64,000 bases of DNA from Octopus sinensis (taxonomy: Eukaryota). The translations under genes were made by a program, and so were the position numbers. The notes under the pieces were generated by a model, which was given only the letters and a program-made list of their open reading frames with translations, did not search any database and was not told where the DNA came from. The stretch is from assembly GCF_006345805.1 (NCBI RefSeq), contig NC_043003.1:35464001-35528000 (forward strand). The letters run 5' to 3'. The stretch's first letter is position 1. Each line of letters starts with the position of its first letter. Shown here in pieces: positions 13,901-28,099 of this stretch.

Positions 13901-13973
13901 GGCTCATTCAGCGGTGGTGCCCCAGCATGGCCGCGGCCTTCGGGCTAAAACATTTTTAAGGATTTAAGGATTT
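10961..13973 (+). mobile_element. CR1-group non-LTR retrotransposon (LINE), near-complete ORF2 (APE endonuclease + RT), frameshifted in this assembly, lacking ORF1
   Basis: Motifs in order: LLNVGGL, ALTETHL, GGVAMYI, YRPP, MGDFNLP, DNILDL, SDHN (APE); GPDG, YRPISLTS, QHGFRPGR, AFDKVD, GVPQG, YADDTK (RT); DLGI, RLDYCS, LERRR, GPQLFNILPK. The tail is (TTTAAGGA)2 and both flanks are (TA)n. Confidence 0.95.
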
Positions 13974-14052
13974 ATATATATATATATAATATATATATAT
14001 AATACATATAATATATAATTATATATATATATATATATATATATGTTTATAC

Positions 14053-14084
<32 letters not shown>

Positions 14085-14423
14085 AGAGGTATATATACAT
14101 GCTTGTCCGGATGAATTCATATCTAATATATCAGTACATATAAATAATCGTATGAAATGTTATTCTTTACTCTTTTATTGAGTTCTCTTGCTAATCGCTC
14201 TTTCCAGTATGAATAAGAAATATTTTCCCATATAACGTTACACAAACAGATACAAACACAGAGGCACGCGTACGTACACACAGACACGCATGCACATAAA
14301 CAGACACACACATATGTGTCTGTAGTTGTATATATATGCATGTATATGTGTGCTCGTATATATATACATACATGCATCAATACTTACACATATATATATA
14401 TTGTGTGTGTGTGTGTGTTTATT

Positions 14424-14467
<44 letters not shown>

Positions 14468-15807
14468 ATATATATATATCGTATATATATATTGTATTTA
14501 TATATATGTATGTGAGTGAAGGTCTTTTTGTCTGCAAGCGTATGAATGTACATTAATGTTTACTTATATTTATATACATTTATACACATATTCACAGATA
14601 CAAACACACACCCATATACATTTATTATTACGTTTTACTATCGGATATTTAAATCGGTTTAATCATTTTTCTCTTTAATTAGTCCAGTTGCTATGGTGAT
14701 AACCACAAAACAGTTATCTTTCAGACCTTTTGGTTTGAAATTCAATTTTCTTTTATAGCATTTTGTTTTTGCAATATTCTTATATTTCTTCGTTTATTTT
14801 TTTTTTCTCGAAATTTATTAATATTTTTATTAGTTATTATTTCTGATTAATTTTAATATTTTATTATTATCCTCCGTTTGATTTCTCTGTTTTTTCCCCC
14901 CAAAATCTTTATCGTGCTTTCACTGTCATATTTAGTTTTCTATATTTTCTACATTTGTATCTGCTATATCTTTTCCTGTCTTTATTATTAACTTTGTTGT
15001 TTGACTTTTCTATCTCGTCACATGCTTTCTCATTTCTATGTCTCTATAAATCTACCCACTTGCCTACATTTCAATATTTCGCTTCTTATTTTCTTTCCAG
15101 TTTTTACATTCATTCTTTTCTTTTATATTCATTTTTTGTTTTTAATAATTCTGTTTCATTTCATATTTTCATTTAATTTTTAACATCTTTCGCCATGTCA
15201 TAAAATATCTTCTCTTTACCAATATTTTGATTTATTTTATATCTCAAACCAGGATGAGTTCAAATCTAGCTGCAGTCGATTTTAATTGTCGTTCACCTAA
15301 GTGTTCATTAAAAATTGTTACAGCCGCGTGCTAGAATCAGATTCCTCGGATTCGCACTCCCACATACATTTTGTGGCCTCGTGCTTATATTAGGAATCAA
15401 TCATCAATAATCAGGGGAAGGTGACTTCAAATTCTGTCGAAGACGACATTATCTGCTATCTTCCTAGATTCACTGAGAGAAGAGTATGCTGGGGTGGATT
15501 CCCGGCAGCAGACTTCTTAATGAAGTTAGTGGTATTTTGGCAATGTAATATATCAATATTTCAAGATAGGATAGCAATGATCGAGAATAATACCTTACGG
15601 TATTCAATTATGTCCCTTTATATGCTAAATTCGAATTAATTTATTAATTTTGCACTTCAATATGACAAATGCTACTCATGAACATAGGAGGGTTGGAATT
15701 ATTATTCTCATTTACGAATCTATTTTCTTGCGCTGAAATTAGAATTTCATATTTGACAGTGTGGAATGATGAAAGTAGTAGGTTATTGAATCATATATAT
15801 ATATATA

Positions 15808-15867
<60 letters not shown>

Positions 15868-15898
15868 ATAATATATTACATATAGATATACATATATT

Positions 15899-15930
<32 letters not shown>

Positions 15931-16107
15931 GTGTGGTGTGTGTGTGTGTGTGGGGTGGTGTGTGTGTGCGTGTAATATATATAAGATACATGTATACATG
16001 TATATATATATCGTAAAATATAATTTCCTGCTAAATGTGGAAGTCCTATAGAGAACGGAAAATACTATATGATTTTTCCAGTCGGTGATTTCGAAAAGGG
16101 AGAAAAA

Positions 16108-16473
16108 AGCAATATTAAATCTCTGAGCGAGAAGTAAACAGTAGCAGTATGGAATCGTAAAATATAATTGCCAACTAAATGTGGCGGTCCTGTATAGAGG
16201 ACGATGTTATTGTTGCTTTTGTCTCGTGATTATCACACACTAATGACGGGTCTGTGTATCACGTAAGGCTAGAGTTGAGAACGATAATTTCCCCCTGCAG
16301 ACACCAATCGGACACAGACAGGGTGTCATAAAACAGCGTGAGATGTCCTCTTGGGACTTAAAACAACAGTAGCATCGTCCTCTTTGGGACCGCCTCATTC
16401 AGTTGGCAATTATATTTTAAGATCCCGTACTGCTACTGTTTACTTCTCGCTTAGAGATTTAATAACTATTGCT
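16108..16473. mobile_element. Fold-back / MITE-like element with inverted arms of about 115 bp
   Basis: 16113-16230 (tattaaatctctgagcgagaagtaaacagtagcagt...) is the diverged reverse complement of about 16345-16464. A partial direct copy of the arm lies at 16010-16075. Confidence 0.85.
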
Positions 16474-16478
16474 ATATA

Positions 16479-16554
<76 letters not shown>

Positions 16555-16799
16555 TGTATATATGTATTTATGTATATATATTACAATGTTTAGTTACGTT
16601 ACTCTTGGTTCCGTGTCCAAATCTATATAGCTCCCAAACTAACTAGGACCCTTCTTCGTTTTTACCTTATATATCGAAAGGTAAATAAATGAATATAAAA
16701 AAATTCAAATCGCTCTCAAATCTTACGCTACATTTTGCAAAGAATAAGAGATATAAGTTACCATAATGATTTAATCTGGTTTACTCTATTGCTTGAAAA

Positions 16800-18040
16800 A
16801 GTTTTGAAGGTTAACGGCTTGACGGTTCCCTTCAGTCGGATCAGCCCAAACGCAACATTGACAGCAAAAAGAGTGTTCATATTTTATTAATTCTAGCAAA
16901 ATCAATACATAATATTGAGAAATATTATATTTGCAGAGAATATAATATTGCTTACATTGTTCAATGAATGTAGGTCTCTCCTTAAATGATATGTTCATTT
17001 GGATAGTTGACGTTTTATCAAAATACTACATGCAGACATTCAGTCGGTTTCATCTGGTCGTAAAAATCATCATGATGTATTTCCAACAACACTGAATATT
17101 TCCATTTTACATCTAACAGTATTAAAAGAATAGTTCCAGTGCTAACAGCAACAAGCCCGAGTACGAAAGCACTCCTAACAGATAAGAAACAGTCTTTCAA
17201 ACATGCATAGGAATAGAATTCCATTCCGCCGTAATTTACATGTACAATATCATCCGATGATTTACAAATACGCAGCTCATGTGAGTATCTGAGTGAAACT
17301 CTAACAACGTTTTGCTTAAGGTTGGTAGAAAATTTAATTGTGGCAAAATTTTAACCAGAAAATGTGAGATATTTTACACTAACATAGGAAAACCACAAAC
17401 ACACACACACACGCACATATATACGAACAAAGCATAATCATACTAAAATCTTTGCACACGTATACATATACGCAAAAGCTCGCGGATAAATATATACGCA
17501 CACCTGTATATATTTCTGAGCACGCATGAATGTCTTTAAATAAATGACTCGACAAAGAATGAACACAAGCACTAGACGTTATAAAGAAAAAAGAAGTATA
17601 CCTACGAAGATAAGTGAATTTTGATGTTTTTATTAAAAAGTAATCGTCGCGGCAAAATGCGTAAAATAAAATTAAAAGGAAATAAATGAACTGAAAGTAA
17701 AACAAAACCAGATGGAAAGTCTAAATTAAAATACACACAAATGAAAATAATTAGGTAAAAACCTTTAAGCATTGAAAGAAGATAGGTTCTTAATGAGCTT
17801 AACACAGCGCCAATAGAGCTTCGATACCAATAATCGTATTTAGCGGATAATTTCCGTTCATGTAGGTGCTGATCATTCCAGAAGGCCCTACTCTGGCAAA
17901 TCGATTTTGGTTCTTGAAAGTGAAGGAATTTTTTGAGAGATATTTTTTTCCTGCTAACAGAATATCGAGCCAATGCTGAAACATTATTCACCTGTACTGT
18001 ATTATATCTTCTTGCACAAACAGGTAGAATCTGGAAGTTT
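16800..18040 (-). mobile_element. Possible highly decayed Tc1-like transposase remnants
   Basis: Minus-strand peptides KKYLSKNSFTFKNQNRFAR and SDDIVHV..GG.EFY..AC...SAFVLGLVAVSTGTI loosely follow the Tc1 motifs KKP.L...RL.FAR, SDG..V.R and S.MVWG.I...G.G. Confidence 0.3.
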
Positions 18041-18119
18041 ATGATTATATACAAATGCAATTAAACTCAAGTATTCTTACGCTTACACACATTAAAACAC
18101 GTATACGTAATGAATAGAG

Positions 18120-18154
<35 letters not shown>

Positions 18155-18197
18155 TATTATATATGTGTGTGTGTGTGTGTGGTGTAAGTATACATAC

Positions 18198-18230
<33 letters not shown>

Positions 18231-18339
18231 AACACCCACACATATATGTGTATGTATATATATATGTGAGTATATGTGCTCTCTTCTATTTTTAATTTTT
18301 TGAATTTCAATAACGAAGGAGCTCGTTAGTCACAAACAT

Positions 18340-18543
18340 ACAAAGCTTAGGATTAGAGACAAACACTTACCTTTCTGGCCAATCACTCATCAACTTTTCC
18401 AAGTACCACTTGAAAAGGAAGGTGAGAATGGAGAGGCAGGTTTTGTCTCGCGAAAGTTTAAAAAAAAAGTGGGTGAATGTAGCAAAGATGGTGCGTGCGA
18501 GTGACGAAATCACTGTGATCATGATTCTGTAAATCGTAAAATC

Positions 18544-18579
<36 letters not shown>

Positions 18580-18905
18580 ACTTTGTTCTCATGTGTTTAT
18601 TTCCTCCCTGACTGAGTTACCGTTGTCTTTTCTGTAGGCTTTTCTTCCCACGGATGAACCTAATCTTGCTTCTTAGTGCTAAAATATTTGTTTCTGTGAT
18701 ACACGATCCCTTTTGATCGCTTTTTTTCTTTTTTCTTTTTTTTTTTTCCTTTTTTCCCCTGATTTTGTTCGATCCCTTTTGATCGGAATTTTACATTTGT
18801 TTCCTTTTTTGTTTTCTGTTTTCTTTTCCCATCTTCGAAAACAAATGCTCTACATTTGTATTTGTCCCCTCTGTATTTCAGCCCTGTGTGGCCAATAAAG
18901 AAAGT
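18340..18905 (+). mobile_element. Tx1/L1-like LINE 3' end
   Basis: Encodes LSGQSLINFSKYHLKRKVRMERQVLSRESLKKKWVNVAKM..IL*, followed by a pyrimidine-rich UTR and the tail cagccctgtgtggccaataaagaaa. Similar to 31500-31860 and 53170-53230. Confidence 0.65.
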
Positions 18906-19307
18906 CATCTTTGGAACGTAGCAGGAAAAAAGAATGGTCTCATGTAGAACTTGAGAAATTTCTAAAATTTTTCTATCTGCTTACAGATTGTGTTTGCAAT
19001 GCACGTGTTAACTGGCTGGTTATATTTTCTCAGACCGCTAGCATACCCGGTGGCTACTTTGGTATGTTCAAATAAAACCAGGTTAACAAATTATCATACG
19101 AAGACATATGAAGTTATTATCTAAGTATAGAAGCTGAATGTTTCACAAGTTTTCGTAGTTACATTTTTCTGATGTTTGAAGAGACATTCAAATCAACAGG
19201 GCAGCTGTTATGTCTGCATTTGTTTCACCTTCATTTGTTGATTTTTGTGATTATGTATGTATTCATTAAATGAGGGATTCTCTATTTTGGAGAATGGGAC
19301 ATGCTTG

Positions 19308-19338
<31 letters not shown>

Positions 19339-19690
19339 CAGATAGTTTGTAAAATATGTGACTAACAAGCATATTTTACTTTCTATATCATTGAATTTAG
19401 CGGTTACGGTGCAGAAAAATCCAATAAATTAATATGATATGGATAACTGAAAATATGATTTATGATGATACGGGGAGACATAAATGGAAAAGTTAGTCGA
19501 GTTTAAACAGACAAAGGTTCATAGTGTATGATAAATGAAAGAAATATTAGACTTCTAGAATGTTGTGTGTATAAAAACTTTAACAATGTAATTACTTATG
19601 GTTCAAGTAATCGATACAGAAGATCGACATCGGCCGGCGTAACATAAATCAGCAACAAATTACATCAAATATGCAACAGACTTAAATATA

Positions 19691-20110
19691 GGCGTAGGAG
19701 TGGCTGTGTGGTAAGTAGCTTGCTTACGAACCACATGGTTCCGGTTTCAATCCCACTGCGTGGCACCTTCGTCAAGTGTCTTCTACTATAGCCTCAGGCC
19801 GACCAAAGCCTTGTGAATGGATTTGGTAGACGGAAACTGAAAGAAGCCCGTCGTATATAAGTATATATATATATATGTGCGTGTGTGTGTGTGTGTACGG
19901 TTGTGTGTCCGTGTTTGTCCCCCCAACATCGCTTGACAACCGACGCTGGTGTGTTTACGTCCCCGTAACTTAGCAGTTCGGCAAAATAGACCGATAGAAT
20001 AAGTACTAGGCTTACAAAGAATAAGTCCTGGGGTCGATTTGCTCGACCAAGGCGGTGCACCAGCATGGCCATAGTCAAATGATTGAAACCAGGAAAAGAG
20101 TAAAAGAGTA
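19691..20110 (+). mobile_element. tRNA-derived SINE (family A), full length
   Basis: A-box TGGCTGTGTGG, B-box GTTTCAATCCC, internal (TA)n(TG)n, 3' hairpin and (AAAAGAGT)n tail. Multiple copies occur in the window. Confidence 0.9.
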
Positions 20111-20859
20111 TGTTAGCTTTACTACAATTAAATTTTAGGCGATGCCATTATTAGAAATCACAGTCATTTAGTTATGATGACATAGTAGCAAAAATGGAGA
20201 TATCCAAAACAAAAGTAAAATATTTAAGAGGAAAAAATAAATGTTTGCTTTGTGGCTCAGCGAGTTTCCCTCCATGTCAATGATAAATATCCATAAGCTA
20301 ATTCTGAAATATATTGAAAAATATTGTACAATTATATTATTCTGATAAAATAAAAACGGTGATGATGATGATATTGACGAAATAGTCCATCTATATATCT
20401 ATTTATCTATTTTTTTCCCCTTTCTATATTTATGAATTTTTTACACACATACCCACGCACACATTGAGTTTATGTTTGTCTGTTTCTATGTATGTATGTA
20501 TGTATGTATGTATGTATGTATGTATGTATGTATGCAGTCACGTACGTATATATATGCATGCTGTTCGTGTATCATAAACAAGTATGGAAACAAAGACCCC
20601 AGGTTAGCGACGGAGAAAATCATCAGAACTAAGCTGTAGTGTTAAGTAACTTTACTCCCGTATTATCTGGAAACGGATATATTTTCAACACACCAAGAAC
20701 GTATACCATGTTGCTTTCACTATAACCTTATTGGCTTTGTTGTTTAATAACGTGCCACCGGCTGCCTTCGATTTTTCTACCTGTTTAAGTATCTCCTACT
20801 GTGCTGAAAACGACATTTGTGACGGAAACACACGACAGGACCTGTCCTGTTATCACCGT

Positions 20860-21153
20860 ATTTGAGACGGATTTCGAAAATTGCGGGTTCTTGACATTAT
20901 CATATCATCTTTTCATATGGAGACGGTCCCAACTGCAACCGAACTATTCTTTTACTTAGCTCACCCCCGCCATCAAGTCAACGTTGACTGAACAGTTGCT
21001 CGGTGTACCACACATCGGGAGTCAAAATACCCGCAAGGGAATCGTGAAATGAAAAGTTCTTCTCAAGAACACAACTCACCACCAGGCACAGTAATTGAAA
21101 CCATGACCTCGCGATTCTGAGAGTAACAGCCGAACCACTAGGCCATGCGCCCT
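20860..21153 (-). mobile_element. tRNA-derived SINE (family E), diverged
   Basis: Minus-strand head gggcgcaTGGCCTAGTGGtt...GGTTTCAATTAC, then gttgtgttcttgag..cttttcatttcacg. Related copy at 31920-32100. Confidence 0.7.
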
Positions 21154-21487
21154 CTCTCTCTCTCTCTCTCTCTCAAACACACACACACACATACATACAT
21201 ACATACATACATACATACATACATACATACATACATACATACATACATACATACATACATACATACATACAGGTGTCGATTTCCCATTTGATGAAGTCAT
21301 GATTGGCGATGGAAGGACTGTGACGAACAAGTAATTCAATGTTTAACAAAATATACAGTAACTGATCGATTAGGTGATTGGAAAAGTAACAAACTAATTG
21401 ACTTACAATAAAGAAGTGAAACTTTGAGTGCGTGTGTTTATAATTCTTGACCAAATGATGATCCCAATATACACCAATATATACATA

Positions 21488-21872
21488 GGCGTAGGCGGGC
21501 CTGTTTTGTAAGAAGTTGGCTTCCCAACTTTATGGTTTCAGCTTTAGTCTCACTGCTTGGCTCTCTACTATAGCCTCGAGGCGGCCAAAGACTTCTAAGA
21601 GGAGTTGAAAGAAGGCCTGTTATGTGTGTGCCTGCGTGCGTGCGTGTGTGTGTATGCGTGTGTTAGTGTGTTATCTCCCCGTTGTTTGACTAACGATGTT
21701 TTTTGTGTTTACATCTCCGTAACTTAGCGATTCGGCGAAAGGGATCGATAGAATGACTTCCAGGTCTAAAGAAAAATAAATAAATAAATAAATAAATCAC
21801 TGGGGCGGGCAGATTCATTCAGCTAAATTTCTTTAATCCAGCATAACCGACTGAAAAAGTAGGCGATGAAAG
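21488..21872 (+). mobile_element. SINE family A, old diverged copy
   Basis: Colinear similarity to 19691-20110 (ctactatagcctcg, ccgtaacttagcg.ttcggc), with an internal (TG)n. Confidence 0.75.
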
Positions 21873-23307
21873 ATGTATACTAATATATCTTGTAGATATA
21901 TGAGAGTATTTGTGTGTGCGTTTGTGTGTGCATGAGTGTGTGATTTGCGTGCGCGCAGGTAAGTATATGTATTTGTGTACACATGTATGCGTCTATATAT
22001 CTATGAATATATATACGCATGCGCACAAAGATGCATGCATACATATATACGTATATGCATACATAAATTCATTTATAAGTATGTTGATATTTATGTATAT
22101 ATGGAAACGTTTGTATGTATCTAAATTTCTGTCATAAATCGAAGAATGCCATAAATTTGTGCGCAAGTGAGTGAGTGTTTGTGCGTGCGCGCGTGTGTGT
22201 GTGTTTGTGCATGTGTGTGTACGTGTGTGTGTGTGAGTGTGTGTGTGTGTGCATGTGTGCGTGGGCACGATGTGAACCCTGCCGAGTTGTATTTGAAAGT
22301 TGATTTGTGAGATCGTGTTTCGAAACATAAAAAAAAAAAGAAAAATTATAGTGGAATGGCATCTCAGTAAGCTGGAAAAAACAGTTTTCGCACTGAAGTA
22401 ACGGGAATTCTGTAGTCAACGTGTAACTCAAGTATTTAGTATAATTCTTCAACAACTGCCAAAATTACAATCGCTGATCAAACTTGATGTACTATATTCA
22501 AATCATAACGTAATGCAACAAAGCGATTCAAAATCCTGTGATGTAGATCAGCAAAATCACTTGAGCATCGGACGATGTGGAAGTTCTATTTATTTGCGAC
22601 ACTTCACTGAATGAATCCCAATTTCGCCGAAATCAGCTTTGCTCGCTATCCAACTAGGGTCGAGAAAATGAAGAATCAGTCAAATACTAGATCGTTTTAA
22701 CATTCACATCATACACATTTCATGTGGATGTCTTTGTATTAGAACACTTACGATTATAACTCTCACGTGCGTTGAGCTAGTGTAAGAAGCCATTGCTTGA
22801 GCAGAATTCTCGATGGAATTTAACGCTGTGCTGTATGATTTTCAATATCTAATTTCACGCCTCGCCGTTCTGCGTTCAAACACCATCGAGACAACTTATA
22901 CATTTAAACGCATTAGATCAATGAAATGGTTTCCCTTATTATTCAGGAATTAAATCAATATACTATTCTTGTCTTCTCTAGATGCTTGGCCTTGAGCCTA
23001 AACAGGTATTTCGCCACCCACAAACATATGTATGTATGCAAAGATAACTACACGCGCGTGTGCACGCACACCCAAACTCAGACACACATATACACACATA
23101 CACAGACAGGTAGCTATTTCTATATGTGTATACTGTATGCGTAAAAAATATATATATCCATATACGCACACACAAACACTCACACACACACACACACATA
23201 TATATATATGTATGTATGTATATATATATATATATACATACCTAAATATTTATGTGTGTGGGTGTGTAAGACGAAGGCAGAAAGGGAGAGAGAATAACAC
23301 ACACACG

Positions 23308-23350
<43 letters not shown>

Positions 23351-23689
23351 TCACACAAACTAGTATAACTCATTACTCTACTGACCCGTTTACTATCAAA
23401 TATATCAATAAGAAAAATAAGATTAATAACGAATAATAATCTTCAAACAAAACGGTACAACGATAACCTGTTCATCTGGCAATGAGATTTAGTCTATTCA
23501 TCATTTCATTTGGAATCCAGTCGAGAACAAATGGTAATCAAATCTTGAACCAAGCTGTAGTATAATTTCCTTTGAAGCTAACTGAATGGTAAGTTATTTC
23601 GTTGCTGCTTCCAAAAGTGCCGCAAAAATCAGGAAAAACGTTACTTTGTTCTAATTAAATCGACCATTCACGCGAGTGGATATTTATAT

Positions 23690-23759
<70 letters not shown>

Positions 23760-23760
23760 G

Positions 23761-23819
<59 letters not shown>

Positions 23820-24000
23820 GTATATGATTATATATATATATTATATATATATAATCATATACATATATATATATATATATATGTGTGTGTGATTATATGC
23901 ATGTGTGTGTGAGTGTATATGTATATATACATATGTATATATACATATGTATATATATATATAGATATATATATATATATATATATATAGGAGTGTTGTA
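23690..24000. repeat. Long imperfect (TA)n/(TG)n microsatellite, representative of dozens in the window
   Basis: About 300 bp of interrupted (TA)n. Similar tracts at 1500-1640, 7460-7665, 25310-25505, 32270-32465, 34050-34350 and 63380-63570. Confidence 0.95.
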
Positions 24001-24857
24001 TGTATTTGTCTGTGCATCTCTGTGTGAAGGTTTACCTACGTTATCGTGTGCGTGTATGTATATATGTGTGTGTATGTGTGTGCGCTCGCGTGCGCGTGTG
24101 TGTAATCTATAATGTATATATTCATGCATGTGCATGTATGTACGCTTGTATTTATGCTTGTATGTGTGTATGTTTGCGTATATTCCTATGCAATAACTTT
24201 CATATTTGCAAACAGAAGTGCGTTATTCCTGATTTAAATCCATTTGAACTCAATTCCCCTTTTGAAAGGAGACTATGAAAATCGAAATATGTTTTTCTTT
24301 TATAGATGTGGCGTAAGAATTGAGATCTGAGTGAATGGCTTACGTAAACCGGTTTGTCATTCTTTCGCTTGCTTCGCTAATGTAAGAGAACAACGCACAA
24401 ACGCATTTGGTTTATATCTCTGAAGATACACAGTTATTCAGAAACTTATATAATTGTTGTTATTATTCAAATCTTCTTGAATTAGATGCTGTATAAAAGT
24501 AATCGTTGTTCCTTTAAACCTTCTTGAAATATGCACTAATCGCCGAGATTCATCGAATTGTCATCAATTGTTCGGCAAATCATTTCTCTGAAATTTATTA
24601 TATACGTCGAAGAAAGCATTATTATGAAATAGAATTATATTCACTCACTATAAATACACACACACACCACCACCACCATCACCACCATCACCACCACTAC
24701 TACACCACAGTACACCACACAAACACATACATACATATACATATACACGTACGCATACATGCACATATGTAAAGATAGCTAAATAGATAAAAATAGACAG
24801 ACAGACAGATAGATATCAATGTTTATACAGATAAGAATTTATATATACATGTATGCA

Positions 24858-25305
24858 TGCCGCTATGCTGTAAGAAGCTTGCTCCCCAACCACATGGTTC
24901 CAAGTTCAGTCCTACTGCTTGGCAGCTTTGGCAAGTGTCTTCTGCTATTGCCTCGGGCCGACCAAAGCTTCGTGAGTAGTCAAGGTAGATGGAAACTGAA
25001 AGAACACTGTTGTATATATATATGTGTGTGTGTGTATGTGCGCGTGCGCGTGAGTGTATGTGTGTGTAAGTGTGTGTGTTTGTGTGTGTCATGTAAGTGT
25101 TTGTGCGCCCCATCACCGCTTCACAGCCGGTGTTGACGTGTTTATGTCCCCGTAACCTAGCGGTTCGGTAAAATGTCACGATAAAATAAGTAATAGGCTT
25201 AAGAAATAAGTCTTAGGGTCGATTTGTTCGACTAAAATCATTCAAGGCGGTGCTCCAGCATAGCCGCAGTCAAATGACTGAAACAAAAAATAAAAGAAAA
25301 GAATA
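24858..25305 (+). mobile_element. SINE family A
   Basis: Colinear with 19691-20110. Tail ttcaaggcggtgctccagcatagccgcagtcaaatgactgaaac. Confidence 0.9.
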
Positions 25306-25321
25306 GTTTTATATATATGCA

Positions 25322-25378
<57 letters not shown>

Positions 25379-25402
25379 CATATATATACATATATATATA
25401 TA

Positions 25403-25446
<44 letters not shown>

Positions 25447-25448
25447 AT

Positions 25449-25502
<54 letters not shown>

Positions 25503-26378
25503 ATATGCATGTATTTTATGAGTACGTGAGTGTCCGTGTGTACGCAGGCCTAGTTCTGCACGAGAATGTGTCACATAGGTATACGTATTCACCTGCCGAT
25601 AATTTGCGCTCTCGGAGATATTGATTCTGCCTACCCATATTAGTGCAACATAATACCTTTTAATGAACTCTTGACTTTACAAGTCATGAAGCATAAATTA
25701 TTCATCGTTATATAGTTCTGATCATATTTTGCTGTATATTGTCTAACGCACCAAGTTTTCGTTGACTAACGATAACCTTCTCCGAAACTATAAATCTGTA
25801 ATGAATTAGCATTTTGCTATAGTTGTCATTTTATGATGACTGGTTGAAACGGTCGATACACATCAGTTATTTTGCTTTCTAATGTTTTTCGCTAGAAAAT
25901 AACGTATTAATTATACAATGCCTAATTACAGACAAAAATGTGTATCAAAGATATTTATAGAAACTACCCATTCGTCTCGGATATCCATCTAGATTCATTT
26001 AGTTAATAACTATATTACTTTCGTAGCAAGCGTTAAGAAACTATCTTGCGCAAGCAAGCACTCCGAGATCAAATATACCCACTCGTAGGAAACCATCCAA
26101 AAATATTCCTGTCACATGCTTTATTTATAATTATAATTGCTATATTTGCTACATGAATTCCTCAGGTTATGAAAAGCTATTATAAAATATTGACTAACTG
26201 GAAGTCAAAAAAGTTTTTCTAAAGTTTTTGATGGTTTAATGATGCGAAACATATTGATGACCTACGTTAAACATTCATTTCAGTTTTAATTTCAGAGCTA
26301 AACAATTATCGAATTATTTTATCCTTTAATTTGAGGCATGATAGATTGTATTAGCGTCAGCAAATACCTAAATCTTAC

Positions 26379-26423
26379 CTGTGGGCTGGGTTTACCGTGA
26401 ATTGAGTGTTTATACTTGGTTAG
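26379..26423 (-). other. Candidate 45-nt exon
   Basis: Minus strand tttgtAG|ctaacc...ccacAG|GTAAGA. Open only in phase 0 (LTKYKHSIHGKPSPQ). If spliced to the 28790 exon it reads SNQV*. Confidence 0.3.
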
Positions 26424-26681
26424 CTACAAATCATAGGGAATATGGAAATTTTGTGATGTATAATGCATCTATGGTCAAAGTTCTCTATAAAGTAATTCTA
26501 GCTAGAACTAGCTCAATACCAAAATACATGTACCTGCACCTTGGCACACACTCACATACACTCACACATACATGCAAACAAACATTAACACAAGCACATA
26601 TAACCAGTCATATATCTATATCAATGCATAATCTATTTATAAATATATATACATATATTCCTATTTATATACACATACACC

Positions 26682-26712
<31 letters not shown>

Positions 26713-26863
26713 TCTCTCCCACTCTCTTTTTCTCTGTATATATACACGAACATGCTAAATATATATTTGTGTATCTGTGTATCAGTGTATCTGTGTATGT
26801 ATTTGTGTGTGTGTGTGGTGTGTGTGTGTGTGTGGTGTGTGTGTGTGTGCATTTATATATCTA

Positions 26864-27320
<457 letters not shown>

Positions 27321-28099
27321 ATATCATTGTTTAGTTTCAATTTAAGAGATTTTGCCAATAGAGTAAGTGCTGGTTTCTAAACTATATCCAACGCTACTAC
27401 ATTGGAACTTCAACAACAGGGTATTTTTGTATATATGCATGTACATGTCCAGGTTTGTATGCTTTGCTTTATATTTGTATTCTCATGCATATAGTTGCAT
27501 GTCGAGACATACCATATATTCTTAAATGATAAACTTCTGGAAAGTTTTACAGATTTTTATTGCCCCAGGGATAACTTGGATCTGTACTCTTCAATTCAGC
27601 TTTCTCCTTTCTGGTCTTGAGAAGCCTAATTTCTAAGACATAATTTCTAAAGGTTTATGTATGTATGTATGTATATGAATGAACAAATGAATGGAATGAA
27701 TAAATAAATGGAATGAATGAATGAATTATGTGTGTATGAATACATATGTTTGCTTATGCATATGCACATATAAACACATTCATAATCAATTTGACACGTA
27801 GCTTTAAAAGATTTTTGCATAAATTTCGGAGTGAACCGGGCATGAACCGAAGGGTGTATTTTAGGATTGGTCTTCTATAAACAATCTTGCTATGTCGATG
27901 GATATCCTAGGTGCAATTTATCATGATTATGACCGTAGTGTTTATCTATAAGTATGTTGTATATATGTATATGTATGTATGTATTATGTATGTATGTATG
28001 TATGTATGTATGATGTATGTAGTATGTATGTATGTATGTATGTAGTATTATTATGTATGTATGATGTATGCATGTATGATGTATTTATGTATCAGTGAG

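Noticed and set aside
14687-14700. GTTGCTATGGTGAT, an RFX X-box-like motif
   Set aside because: A single imperfect match with no promoter context; this is expected by chance.
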